A DNA stretch of 64,000 nucleotides from Torpedo marmorata (GCA_977017645.1 OZ360228.1:140058001-140122000), one strand, 5' to 3'; numbered from the stretch's first letter, positions 22,785 to 35,124 are shown. Notes: a model not told the origin generated them from the sequence alone. Program-made: numbers and translations.

Positions 22785-23370
22785 GAATCAGAATCAGAAT
22801 TTATTGTCATGAACAAGTCATGAAATTCGGTGTTTTGCGGCAGCATCATAGTGCAAACATTCATATTTTTACCATCTTACGACATTACTATAAAAATATA
22901 TATAAATAATAGTGCACGAAAAGTAAGGCAGTGTCTTTGGTTCATTGATTATTCAGGAATCTGATGGCAGCGGGGAAGAAGCTGTCCTTGTGCCGTTGAG
23001 TGCTCGACTTTAGGCTCCTGTACCTTTTTCCCGATGGTAGCAGAGTGAAGAGGGCATGGCCTGGGTGGTGGGGGGTCTTTGAGGACAGAGGCTGCTTTTT
23101 TAAAGACACCGCCTCATGTAGATGTCCTCGATGGAGTGAAGTCTGGTGCCCGTGATGTCACAGGCCGAGTTAACAACTCTCTGGAGTTTATTCTTGTCCT
23201 GAGAGTTGGCGCCTCCGTACCAGACAGTGATGAAACCAGCCAGAGTGTTCTCCACGGTACACCTGTAGAAGTTTACGAGAGTCTTCGGTGACATACCGAA
23301 TCTCCTCAGACACCTCACAAAGTATAGCCGCTGGCGAGCCTTCTTTGTGATTGCATCAACGTGGAGGTTT
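22785..23370 (-). mobile_element. Rex1/Babar-type 3' fragment
   Basis: LRRFGMSPKTLVNFYRCTVE..ITVWYG; tail CATGACAATAAA(TTCTGA)n; same family at 48633-49119. Confidence 0.85.
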
Positions 23371-23741
23371 CACTTTGAAAGTGAGTGCTGGGTTCTTCCC
23401 TGAACAGCAAATCCCAAAACGAGCTTCTAAAGTTTAACTTATACTTGTCATGTCCACTGCAGACATCGATGTGAGGCGCTGCCTCAAGAAGGCAGCCAAC
23501 ATCATAAAGGACCTCCATCACCCTGGTCACGCTCTCTCCTTGCTGCTCCCTTCGGGCAGAAGGTACAGAAGCCTGGAGTCAAGCACCTCTAGGTTCAAGA
23601 ACAGTTTGTTTCCAACAGCTATCAGGCTCTTGAACCTCCCCGTACTACCCTAAACCATAAACTGGGACCACCAAAAGATGTATCTGCACCACTGACCCAG
23701 CAGAATCTTTGCACTACCAGCCAGTTGTAAATATTTATCTG

Positions 23742-23925
23742 TGAAACAAGGAAGTCTGCAGATGCTGTGATTGCAATAAATACACAAAAGTGCTGGAGAA
23801 ACTCAGCACGTCCTGCAGCATCTGGTATTACATTGACAAAGGGTTCAGGTCCGAAACATTGGTTATGTATCTTTGCCTCCTGTGGATGCTGTGGGACCTG
23901 CTGAGTTTCTCCAGCACTTTTGTGC
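23742..23925. mobile_element. Fold-back Penelope mini-element with one hammerhead motif (~23832-23866, +)
   Basis: CACAAAAGTGCTGGAGAAACTCAGCA inverted against TGCTGAGTTTCTCCAGCACTTTTGTG; ATTTATCT on both flanks. Confidence 0.8.
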
Positions 23926-24578
23926 ATTTATTTATCTTTTTTTCTTTTTCTCTTCCTTTTATATTTATTATCTCTTTGTTAACTTCATGGCACCTTACTT
24001 GTTCATAATATTTAAACTATTTTTCCTGTGTTTTATGACACTGGAAAGCTGCAGCAAATAATATTTCTATTGCATCTGTACATTATGTTTATGTGTGGGA
24101 CAATAAACTCTTCATCTTTCACTCACTGCCCAAGGGATGAACCTTGGTCAGGCACCTCCTCTGTTATTCTCCTGCAGGTGATGTGGGATTTTTTTTTACG
24201 TCTACTTAAGAACATTTGATGCCTAAGTTTCTCAAAGTTGGAACCCTTGACAGTGGAGCATTTGAACTGTATACACTGACACTCCAGCCTGGATTATATG
24301 CTCAAACTTTAGTTGTCACTGTAAAAATCACAATTTCTAGAGTAGGCAACGGAAACCTACTAACTGAGCATACGAGGCCTAATCAAGTAACGATGCTGGG
24401 GAGATTAAAAGAGGTCAACATGCAATACACTGATGTGCTGGAGAAACTCAGCAGGTCATTTAGGACGTAAAGGGCAGGCAACATTTTGGGCCTGGACCCT
24501 CTGTCAGGTATAAACCTGACAAAGGGTTCAGGCTCAAAAGTGTTGGTCACCCTTTACTTCCTATGGATGCTGTGTGAC

Positions 24579-25277
24579 TTGTGTGGGAAAGGAAAAGTTT
24601 GGTGGGTTCAAAGAGCAACGAGTCTGGACACAGGCTGAACATAGGAAGGATCTTTATTAAAACACACGTAAGGGGAACGCAACAGGGATAACACACACCA
24701 GTACTCTCAATCACACAACACTATATAATCAGTCACATCGGACTTAACACTACCGATACTAACAACTGCTTGCACTCATACAAACACAGTACAACCCAGT
24801 CACATCGGACTTAACACTACCGATACTAGCAACTGTGTACAGACTTATTTTTATAACAACCAAGGATTACAATATGCTACCCGCTGTTCCTTGTCTAACG
24901 TGGGCACAGCTCCAATGCTATCTAACAGCCCCGATCCCTGTGTAGTGCACACCTTACCAACGACTCCTCCAGCGTTGTCCACAGTTCGCGACCAGGAGTG
25001 GAGCTGCGTGGGTCTCAGGACCGAAGAGCAAAAGAGAAAGAGCTACTGCACGTGGTGGACTTTGTAGAACAGTAAGCTGGAGGGTCCGGCCCAGGTAATC
25101 ACTAGGTGATTAAAGGGGCCAATGGTCAGGTGTGCACCAATGGGTGGGTGGAGTCCAACCTTGATTGGCAGGCGATGCAACCCGACTAGGTTCCAGACAG
25201 AGAGGTCACGTGACCCTCCACATTCCCACCAGGTTCCAGGCGGAGAGGTTATATGATCCTCCACAATCCACACTACA
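24579..25277 (-). mobile_element. Solo LTR (699 bp) inserted into a Penelope fold-back tail
   Basis: 5-bp TSD GTGAC (24574-24578 and 25278-25282); minus strand starts TGTAGTG and has AATAAA near its 3' end; host tail GATGCTGTGTGAC|CTGCT is restored when it is removed. The 3' end reads AA rather than CA. Confidence 0.75.
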
Positions 25278-25680
25278 GTGACCTGCTACGTTTCTCCAGC
25301 ACGTTTGTGTATTGCACTTGACCCCAGCGTTTGCAGACTTCTTGTTTAACAACAAAGTAATAGGTGGATGAAGGTGGGCAGGTAGAGGAAAAAAAAGAGT
25401 TAAACATAATAGGTTACCCTGACTAACACGAAGGGATGAAATTAGCAATGATTAAATTAATTACAAGGGTGATAATGGCAGAATACAATGCTTCTGGTGG
25501 ACGACCCAACACCATCAGCTCAGGACAACTGGGGATGGGTGACGTACCATCTGTGCCAACACCAGGAGATGGATTTTCAGTGTTTATTTGCATTCATCCT
25601 GAATTGTACAGGTACGAATTACCAAGGTGTCCTGCCCAGCACCCCGCCACCAACAGCAACAAGCTTTCCCAGAGACCCAC

Positions 25681-25764
25681 CTCTTGTATGTGAGCGACAA
25701 TGGCAGTCTGAGTCGTAATGTCCAACTGTTTGATCCGTTCAATGAATTCTTCCTTTCGATCGCA
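25681..25764 (-). CDS. CCDC88C: CCDC88C coding exon (probable exon 6); 84 nt, [28 protein letters not shown]
   Basis: aag|TGCGAT...CAAGAG|gtgggt; nearly identical to Daple [28 protein letters not shown]. Confidence 0.95.
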
Positions 25765-26194
25765 CTTTTGTTGGGTGGGGAAAGGAGGGAACAGATTCCA
25801 AATTATTGTAATTTTTGCAGAAGTCACAATGTTTAATAATTAAGGACAAACGAACACAAAAGTACACTCCATGAACGTGGCTCAGGGCATTACACATACC
25901 CCCCCACCCCCGTCCACGTGAGTTTCACATCCAGGAGACGAGACTTGCAGTGAGAGCAGGAGCCCTTAAAAGCACCGGTAAAGGCAGGTGCTTAGTGTGA
26001 GATTGGCAAATTAACTGTGGCCAATAAAAGGAAGGGAAGCTCAAGTGTTGCATCTACTGTGGAGTGGTCATTGTAAGAGTGCCAATCTACTGCCTGTGCC
26101 TCTGCATCTGTCCGTCATCCTTCACTCCTCCCTGGTTCACCAATCCCCTCCTGACCCATGTTCTACCCCTCTCTCTCTGTCCTCATTATACTGA

Positions 26195-26420
26195 GGTTAG
26201 TGCAACGTTGTTACAATGCCAGCAACCCAGGGTTGAATCCGGCTCTATCTGTAAGGAGTTTGTATGTTCTCCCTGTGTCTGCGAGGGTTTCCTCCGGGTG
26301 CTCCGGTTTCCTCCCACCTTTCAAAAAAAGTATGAGAGATGTAGGTTAATTAGGTGTATTCGGGCGGCGTGGGCTCGTAGGCCGGAAGGGCCTGTTGCCG
26401 TGATGTACGTCTAAAGTAAA
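26195..26420 (+). mobile_element. V-domain SINE (HE1-like)
   Basis: V domain and GGCCTGTTGCCGTGATGTACGTCTAAA tail. Confidence 0.8.
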
Positions 26421-26707
26421 AATTTCAATTTTAAAAAAATTACTGGCTGTCTCCTGACTGCACTCTGTCTTGCTGAAGGGTTTCGGCCCGAAATGTCAAC
26501 TTATCTTTATTCTCCCATCCATCGGTTCCGCTCTGAAGTTGCAAAATACTTTGTGAAGGCTCGCTCTTTCTTAACAGAAGCCCAGAAGCACCCTGGAGAC
26601 TTACCTCCATTTTTTCACATTTCTGCAGGGTTAACGGGAAGGATACTTCTTCGGGGCATTTCAGCGCTCAAAGGAGAAGTTCAAACAAAGTTCGGAGTGA
26701 TCCTTAC

Positions 26708-26766
26708 CTGCACAGCGCATCCCAGCATGAGCAACAACACCTTCCTGATTTCCTCCATGCTTTTCC
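26708..26766 (-). CDS. CCDC88C: CCDC88C coding exon (probable exon 5); 59 nt, (G)KSMEEIRKVLLLMLGCAVQ
   Basis: cag|GGAAAAGCATG...GTGCAG|gtaagg; contains the hallmark LLLxLGCAVQ motif of the HOOK domain; phase 1 to 0. Confidence 0.95.
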
Positions 26767-27159
26767 CTGAAAGGGCAGGTAGAAAGATTAAAAACTCAGC
26801 AAAAGACATTTCATATACAGAAACCTTAGGTTAGATCAGTTTTGTTTAATTTGTTAAATGGATGAATGAGATTTCAACTCAGTGAATTCTGATGGAAAAA
26901 TAAAGGCTTATGGGTGTGAGGTAGGGAAAGATTAGATTGTTGTGGAGTCGGTTACATAGGTCGGTACAACATCCTGGGCTGAAGGGCCTGTACTGTGCTG
27001 TAATGTACGATGAATGTACTGATAGAACAGCACTGGAACCAGGACCTTGGGCCCCCAATATCTGCACCGCACACGATATCAAACTAATCTAAATCTCTGC
27101 TGCTTGCACGTGAAACAAACTCCTCCCTGCCCTGCACATTCATTTGTCCGTCTTTTTAA

Positions 27160-27411
27160 ATTTATATTTAGACATACAGCACGGTAACAGGCCATTTTAG
27201 CCCACGAGTCCGTGCCACCCAATTTACACCAATTAACCTACACCCCCGGTACGTTTCGAACGGTGGGAGGAAACCGGAGCCCCCGGAGAAAACCCACGCA
27301 GACACGGGGAGAACATACGAACTCCTTACAGTCAGCGCAGGATTCAAACCCTGGACCCGATCGCTGGCGCTGTAAAGGCATTGCGCTAACTGCTATGCCA
27401 ACCGTGCCGCC
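27160..27411 (-). mobile_element. V-domain SINE (HE1-like)
   Basis: Full head, V domain and tail on the minus strand. Confidence 0.85.
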
Positions 27412-27474
27412 TTTATATGGTACAATTGTACCTGCTAGCCCTGACAACCCATTCCAGACACCTACCACTATCTA

Positions 27475-27705
27475 CAGTTAGCGTAGTGGCTAACGGAACG
27501 CTATTACAGCTCCAGCGACCCGGGTTCGAATCCGGCGCTGTCTGAAGAGTTTGTACGTGGGTTTCCTTCGGTGCTCCAGTTTCCTCTCACATTCCAAAGA
27601 CGTACGGGGTTGGTAGGTTAATTGGTCACGTAGGTGTATTTGGGTGGTGCGGGCTCGTGGGCCAGAAGGGCCTGTTACCATGTTGTATCTCCAAATTAAA
27701 ATTTA
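27475..27705 (+). mobile_element. V-domain SINE (HE1-like)
   Basis: GGGTTCGAATCC B box and tail; head-to-head with the 27160 copy. Confidence 0.8.
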
Positions 27706-27999
27706 AAAATCTTTTCCCGCACATCTTTAAACTTTCCTCCCCTCACCTAAATGCATGTCCTCTAGTATTTTCCATGGGAAAATAAGATTCTGACTGTCTG
27801 CACAAGCTATGCCTCTCATCATTTTATAAACTTCTATCAGGTCTCCCTCAGCCTCCTACGCTCCAGAGATATGGGGGAAGAGTTTGACCAAAAAAGGCAA
27901 CATCCTGGTAAACCTCTTTTGTAACCGATCCAAAGCCTCAACTCTCCAGACATCAGATATCAGGCAAGAGAAAGAACTGTGAGGACGAGGATTGTCCTC

Positions 28000-28847
28000 A
28001 AAAAAATGGTGACGCTGCCGGAGCTGCTGCAACGCCAACGCTGCTGCTGGTGCGGACCTGGGGAGCAGAGACACAGTGCTCCCGCGGGGTCCAACCACCC
28101 AGTCTGACTGCCGTCAGCTCTGTACAGGCTTTGAACGGCCCGCTAAGGAGCCGACGGTAGTTTTATTTAAAATCCCGCGACCGCGGGGTCTGCGCCAAAG
28201 ATGGCGGCGCCTATGATCGGCAGCAGCCACGAGGGGTTGCAGACTCCAGGGAAGCGGAGGACTGGCACAGGGCACTAGAAAACGGGGAAAACACCCCCCT
28301 GTCTGAGAAGGAGAAGCAGCGGAGACGACCCACAGGACGGTGACCACAGCGGTGGACCAGTGAGGTGTTCTGCAGCTGAAGGACCCACACAGGCAGCGGG
28401 CTGCTGGTGACTCAAGGCGAGGAACCCAAGGAGGCTGCGGGCTGCTGGAAACTGCAGTCAAGGGACTCGCAACCATGCTGCGGACTGCTGGAGACTGGCT
28501 CAAAACTGGCTGAAGGGGTACCAGGTATCGGAACCGGGATACGAAAGGGTGCCAAGGGCGCTGAAGGCTTCCTGATCGTATCGGAGGTTTGGATCTGGAG
28601 CTCGGGTCGCCGATGGTTTGGACTGGACTCTGTGTGGCTGCGGAGGCTGTGGGAGCGCTGGAGGCGAATCCACGGACACTCAGTGACTCTGGGGGGAACT
28701 CGCTTTTGCTTCTCTTTCTCTGACTGTAAGAGGTGCTTCAGGCAATTTCTGCCGATGGCGAATCTGTCTGCCTTACAGCAGACAAAAGGCAATTTCATGC
28801 AATATGACACTGTTTTTATTACATGACAATAAATTGAATCTTGAATC
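28000..28847 (+). mobile_element. GC-rich non-autonomous retroelement (~850 bp) with a Rex-like 3' tail
   Basis: Homologous copies at 58118-58915 (-), 50811-51082 (+) and 60482-60750 (-); ends CATGACAATAAATTGAATCTTGAATC; no conserved ORF. Confidence 0.75.
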
Positions 28848-28859
28848 AGTGGATTCAAA

Positions 28860-29072
28860 AAATAACCTGCACTTTTACAAAGTCCTTTTCTGACCTTGAG
28901 ATGTCCAACAGTCCTTCAGTACAAGAAAGAGTTTTGAAATTACTTGTAATGCAGGATTTGCAGCTGCCAATTTGAGCACAGAAAGATCCCACACCCACAT
29001 GATGCCAAACAGATAATTTTCTTCCAACAATTTTAGTTGAGGGACACTTGTAAAAGCTCAGCCAGGACACTT
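28860..29072 (-). mobile_element. Deu-domain-type SINE remnant
   Basis: Minus strand GTGTCCTGGC..CCCTCAAC..GTGGGATCTTTCTGTGCTCAAATTGGCAGCTGC..CATTACAA, as recalled for the Deu domain. Confidence 0.55.
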
Positions 29073-29084
29073 GTAAAAACTCAA

Positions 29085-30430
29085 AAGTTCAAATTTACTG
29101 TCAGAGTACATACACGACATCCATATACATACATCCCTGAGATTCTTTTTCTTGCGGGCTAGGCAGAATTTCTACTTGTCGGAATTTTTTTATTTTTTTA
29201 AAATTTAGACATGCAGCATGGTAACAGACCCTTTCGGTCCACGAACAAGTGCCGCCCAATTACACCCAATTAACCTACAACCCCCGGTACGTTTTGAAGG
29301 GTGGGAGGAAATCGGAGCCCCCGGGGAAAACTCATACAGACACGGGGAGAACGTACAAACTCCTTACAGACAGCGCGGGATTCGAACCCCGGTCCCAATC
29401 GCTGGCGCTGTAACAGCTTCGCGCTAACCGCTACGCTAACCGTGCCACTCTCAATTGTACTCAAAAAGAAAGATACGTATACAAAAGAGAGAAATATAAA
29501 CAAAGAGAGAAATGTAAACAAACTGACTGTAATACAGGAAAAATAAATATTCAGTAAGAAGTAATATGCAAAGTAAGAGCCCTTAAATAAGTCCCAGATT
29601 GAGTTTGGTGTTGAGGAGTCTGATGGTGGAGGGGTAGCAGCTGTTCCTGAACCTCGTGGTGCGAGTCTTGTGGCACCTATACCTCTTTCCTGATACCAGC
29701 AGCGAGAACAGAGCGTGTGCTGGGTGGTGTGGATCCTTGATGATTGCTGCTGCTCTCCAATGGCAGCGTTCCCTGGAGACGTTCTCGATGGTGGGGAGAG
29801 TTTTGCCTGTGATGTGCTGGGCTGTGTCCACTACCTTTTGCAGGGCTTTACACTCAGAGGTATTGGTGCCCTCATACCAGACCGTGATGTAGCCGGTCAG
29901 CACACTTTCCACTACACATCTGTAGAAGTTTGCCAAGGTTTCCGATGTCATACCGAACCTCCGCGAACTCCTGAGGAAGTAGAGGTGCTGATGTGCTTTC
30001 TTCAGGGTGACATTCGTGTGTTGGGTCCAGGAAAGGTCCTCTAAAATTGTGACTCCCAGGCATTTAAATTTGCTCACCCTCTCCACCTCTGATCCCCCAA
30101 TGATCACTAGATTGTTCACCTCTGGTTTTCCCTTCCTGAAGTCCACAATCAGCTCTTTGGTTTTGCTGACATTGTGTGAGAGGTTGTTGTTGGTGCACTA
30201 TTCAGCAAGTTTTCAATTTCCCTCCTTTATGCTGACTCATAGCCCCTTTTTATACAGCCCACTACTGTGGTATCATCAGCAAATTTGTAGATGACGTTGC
30301 TGTCATACCGAGCCATGCAGTCGTAAGTGTAAAGCGAGTAGAGCAGGGGGCTAAGAACACAGCCCTGTGCTGATAGAGATTGTGGAGCAGATGTTCTTGC
30401 CAATCTGCACTGATTGGGGTCTGGAGGTGA
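29085..30430 (-). mobile_element. Rex1/Babar-type non-LTR fragment (RT C-terminal half) with a V-SINE inserted at ~29200-29447
   Basis: QGCVLSPLLYSLYTYDC..KFADDTTVVG and ORF 29583..30146. Confidence 0.88.
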
Positions 30431-30434
30431 GGGA

Positions 30435-30812
30435 ATGAGAGAAGATTTGATAGAGGTATACAAAATAATGAGGGGTATAGATAGAGTAAACGCAAGCAGG
30501 CTTTTTCCACTGAGATTGGGTGAGACAAGAACCAGAGGACATGGGTTAAGAGTGAAAGAGGAAAAGTTTAAAGGGAACATAAGGGGGAATTTCTTCACGC
30601 AGAAAGTGGTGGGAGTGTGGAACGCGCTGCCAGCTGAATTTGTAAATGCAGGCTCAATTTTGACATTTAAGAAACATTTGGACAGGTACATGGATGGGAG
30701 GGGTATGGAGAGCTATTATCCGAGTGCAGGTCAATGGGATGAGGCAGAATAGTTTGGCACAGACTAGGAGGGCCGAAGGGCCTGTTTCTGAGCTGCAATG
30801 TTCTATGGTTCT
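30435..30812 (+). mobile_element. CR1 (HER1-like) LINE 3' end
   Basis: REDLIEVYKIMRGIDRV..TRGH..NFFTQKVVGVWNALP; its GGGCCGAAGGGCCTGTTTC tail resembles the SINE tails. Confidence 0.85.
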
Positions 30813-32084
30813 GGAAATACATTTGTGGCTAATGTGAAGGCCAATAAATTTTGTTGACTACAAGGTTGGATAAGGCTTTGAGTGAACTATAATGAATTCC
30901 ACTTATACAGACATAAGAATGAGAATTGGGAGGGGGCGTCTGCTCTTCCATCTTGCTCTGCCATTTCATATCATCTGATTGTAACCTCAACACATTCCCA
31001 TCTACCCCTGGTAACCTTTAACCCTTTTGCTTGTCAAAATCTACCTCCCTCGAACTTAAAAATGTTCAAAGACTCTGCTTCCCCTGCGCTTCCAGGATGA
31101 GAGTTCCAAAGACTCCCAACTTTCCAACAGAAAAAAAATTGTTTGCAATGACGTGAAATGCAATCGTGATGCATTGAGGAATTGTATTCCACCGGAGAAA
31201 TTCCACCGTCGGAGAAAGCAGCTGTAATCTCAGAGTTACCAAGGTGACCAATGGAAAATTTCACACCAGTCTGCGTAAACCTATCATTTTGCCAGAACAA
31301 CAAGCTGTGGTAATATGAAGCCAACAGCAACATTCACAGCTTCAGTGAGGTGGCTCACTATCTAAACATTCCAAAGTGACAACAAACTCCACCCTGCAAC
31401 CGAATCAACTGTGACCTCCTTTTCTTTACAACGTGGTGCCCCCGTCACTGAAACACACCAGTTGGGTCAGCTGAATGAGAGAGGCAATGCTTGTACGTTG
31501 AAGGATAACCTTCTTAAATCGATCTTCCTAATTAGCCCTGCGTTCACAGAGAGAGACTCAGCTTGCTGATGACAGGGTCTACGAAGGTAAAGACCATTTA
31601 CCGGCAACTGTTGGCCTAGCAACGAAGGACATGGGATGAAACAGCTTTAAATCATCGCAGACACGTGAAGGTTGGAATTGGTTGCAACCAAGATTGAATA
31701 AAAGGAAGCAAATTAGCATGACAGTTTAACAAAATTTAAGAGACTTAGCCGTCACATAACTTCCTGCACAGGGCAAGTAACATGTACATCTTTCAATAAA
31801 GGTGAAAGAAGTCCTTGCTTGTTTCTGGAATGCCATTTCCTCTGCTTCAGACCACGCAGCCTGCGGTCACTTAAGCCCAGCTGCGCTGTTCGGTACAACT
31901 GACTAACTGCTGTGCTGGGCAGTCAGGGTGTCAGAGAGAGATAGGGGGAAGCAGGCCTTTAGGGGCACTGAGTCCACACCGACCATCAGCCACTCTTCTG
32001 CACCAATCCGCATTCACGTCAACTTCTCTCAGATTCCACCCTCACGCAGACACCAGGGACAATTTACAGTGGACAAAAGGAGTT

Positions 32085-32918
32085 AACCAGGAAAGTCTGT
32101 AGACGCTGGGGTCGAGTACAATACACAAACGTGATGGAGAAATTCACCAGGTCTCGCAGCATCCATAGGAAGTGAAGGGGAACCAACGTTTTGGATGTGA
32201 GCCCTCATCAAGGCATGAGCAAAAAGCAGGCAGGCGCCTGAATAAAAAGGTGGGTGGAGGCAGAGGAGGAGAAGGGGGAGGAAGAGGCAGGGGAAGGAGT
32301 ACAGGCTAACAGGTGGATACAGGACAAAAGATAAAAAAGCTGACTGATAGTGGGAGAGGGTAGCTCTCTGATTGGAGAGGGCAGGGGGTGGGGAGCTGGA
32401 AGAAAGGAGACAGAGGGATAGGGAAAGAGACGAGACTTGGGGAGGAGGTTAATGGAAACTGCCCAACTGAGACCACCCGCAAATTGGAGGAACAACACCT
32501 CATATTCTGTTCGGACACCCTCCAACCGGATGGCATTAACATAGACTTCTCTGCTTTTCGTTACCCCCCCCCCCCCATACATCCCTATGTCTCCTTTCCT
32601 CTAGCTCTGTCTCTCTCTCTCTCTTTTCCCTCTGTCTCCTTTCCCCTAGCTCTGCATCCAGAGCCAGCCCCACCCCTGATCTATTCTCACCTTTCCTCTC
32701 CTGTCCTCCTATCCATATCCAATTAACACCTTTTGACTGTTGGTCTGTGCTCCTCCCCCTGCCCTTTCTTTCCTACTCCCTGGCCTTTTAATTCAGGCAC
32801 CTGCCTGCTTTTTACTCATATGAAGAAGGGCTCAGCCCCGAAATGTCGGTTATATATCTTTACCTCCAATGGACGCTGCGAGACCGGCTGAGTTCCTCCA
32901 GCATTTCTGTGTTTTTAC
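32085..32918. mobile_element. Long head-to-head Penelope fold-back (minus arm ~32085-32455, plus arm ~32460-32918) with two degenerate hammerhead motifs
   Basis: TTRKLEEQHLIFCSDTLQPDGINIDFSAF in the plus arm; tails point outward. Confidence 0.8.
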
Positions 32919-34849
32919 CATACCTCTCTATTTTGATTGGTCACAGTATGCTGTAACTCCTTGAATGCAGTGATACAATCTACTGGCAGGATTACACCTA
33001 GACCTGAACTGCACTCCATGTGCCCACAGGGCAGTGCACAGAGCTTCACTGATGATACAGGAAAAGCCATTTAATGAGAAAATTGGGGTTAGTTCAAGTC
33101 CTTCTCAAGCGATGAGAAGATGTTTATCCTGGCACTGGTGCAGTACTGAGGGAGTTCTGTACTGTTAGAGGTGGGACGGGAGCTGCTCTGCTCAAGATCA
33201 GTAGCTGCAGAAGGTGGTGAATGCAGCTCAGAACATCACGCAAACTTTTCTCCCCTCCATCTGGACTCAATCTGCATCTCCCACTGCCTGAGAAAAGCAG
33301 CCAACGTACTGAAGGACCCATCACACCTCAGACTCACTCTCTTCTCCTCCTCCCATTGGGGAGGAGGCTCAAGAGTGTGAATTCGTGCACCTTCCGTTTC
33401 TTCACTGCAGACAGGCTCCTGAATGAACCCCACAACAGTGCTAAACTGTCCTTGTTTGGTACGAATTGATCTTTCTTTTCATTTTAACTCTGTAATATTG
33501 TACTTTACACAGCTGTATGTTAGAGCTAATCTGTTAGTCTGCTCGCAGAAGAACCCTTCTCACTGTACTGGTCAATAATGTGACAAATGTGAAATTAAGC
33601 CAAGGCCTTAACTACCCCATCCAATAAGGATTCTAAGCCAATATTCTCAGCTACTGGGGAGTTAACCCTGGTGTCCTGGTTGTTATTTTCCCTGCAACCA
33701 ACTTCAGTAAAGCCAGATTATCTGTCTGCTATCCCATTGGTGCTTATAAGAGCTTGCTCAAGTTCAAGTTTATTGTCATCTGATTATATGCAACTAGACG
33801 AAACAGCGCATGTCCGAACCATAGTGCACACACACAGACAGTACACCCCACACGCAACGACATATATACATAGTGATCCAAAATAAATATATATAAAAAT
33901 AATTTAAGGGTTTCTAGGAGTGTTCAACAGTCTCACTGCCTGCAGGAAGAAGCTGTTTCCCAGCATGACAGTCCTGGTTTTTATGCTCTTGTATCTCTTC
34001 CTTGAAGGTAGTGTCTAAAAGACATTGCGGGCTGGACGTTAATGGTCCTAAATGATTCTCTGCTGTACGTATATTGACATTTGTGCTTACAATTATGTGA
34101 TGCCCATGGAACTCGTTTAATTTGCAACAAATTCTGACACACGGCAAAGAAACACTAGCAAGTGAGGTGCTTTGGGAACCAGAGGTCCATAGTCTCCTGG
34201 AGGCACACAGGAGACTGCAGATGCAACGGATAATCTGCTGGAGGAACTCAGCATCAGTGGAAGAGAAAGAATGGTCAATGTTTTGGGCCAGAACCCTTCA
34301 TTAACCCATAGTCACAAGCAAGACAAGGTTCACCACAAACCATGCCCAAATTATTCAAATACTGTGTCAGAAAGTAATAATTTTCTATCCGAAACAATCA
34401 GAAACACGAGAGCCGATTTTAGTCACGCGTTAATGATAAAAAAGACGTGTGCATGTTATCACAAAGTGGCCAGTGCCAACAGGACAACGGACTTGTACAG
34501 TTGGTATAGCAGCTGCCAGAGAGGCAGATTCAATCCTGATCACGGGTGCTGTCTGTGTGGAGTTTGCACGTTCTCCCTGTCACCGCGCGGGTTTGCTCCC
34601 ACATCGCAATGCAGTGCGGCCTGGCAGGTTATTTGGCCCCTGTAAATTGGCCCCAGTGTGTAGGTGAGTGGTAGCATTAGGGGGCGAGTTGATGAGCGTG
34701 TGGGGAGAATGGGATTAATGCCGGATTAGTGATTGGTCAGCAGGCAGAAGGGCCTGTTTCCATGCTGTACCATCTCTATGACTGCTGAGATCCCAAGAGG
34801 CGGTTAGACGAGGGAAAGCTGAATCATCGACCTCACACTGATCCATGTT

Positions 34850-35015
34850 GTTAAGCAAGAAAGTCTGCAGATGCTGGGGCCAAGTGCAATACACAAATGT
34901 GCCAGAGAAACTCAGCAGGTCATTCAGCATCCACAGGAAGTTAAGGGTAACCAACGTTTCGGACCTAAGCCCTTCGTCAAGGACTTGCTGAGTTTCTCCA
35001 GCACATTTGTGCATC
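34850..35015. mobile_element. Fold-back Penelope mini-element 40 bp from the exon 4 donor
   Basis: CACAAATGTGCCAGAGAAACTCAGCA inverted against TGCTGAGTTTCTCCAGCACATTTGTG; minus-strand TTGACGAAGGGCTTAGGTCCGAAACGTT. Confidence 0.75.
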
Positions 35016-35054
35016 ACACTGATCCGTCACTGGTGAAGGATTGAAGGCACTCAC

Positions 35055-35124
35055 CTGACAGGGGATCTTTTGCAATCAGGAGTACATTTGGCAAATTCAT
35101 TACCACCAACTGTTGCAGACACTC
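35055..35124 (-). CDS. CCDC88C: CCDC88C (Daple) coding exon, probably orthologous to human exon 4; 70 nt, [23 protein letters not shown](G)
   Basis: Minus strand reads cag|GAGTGTCTG...CTGTCAG|gtgagt. The peptide matches the Daple/Girdin HOOK domain (human [24 protein letters not shown], recalled). Phase 0 to 1 fits the next exon. Confidence 0.92.
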
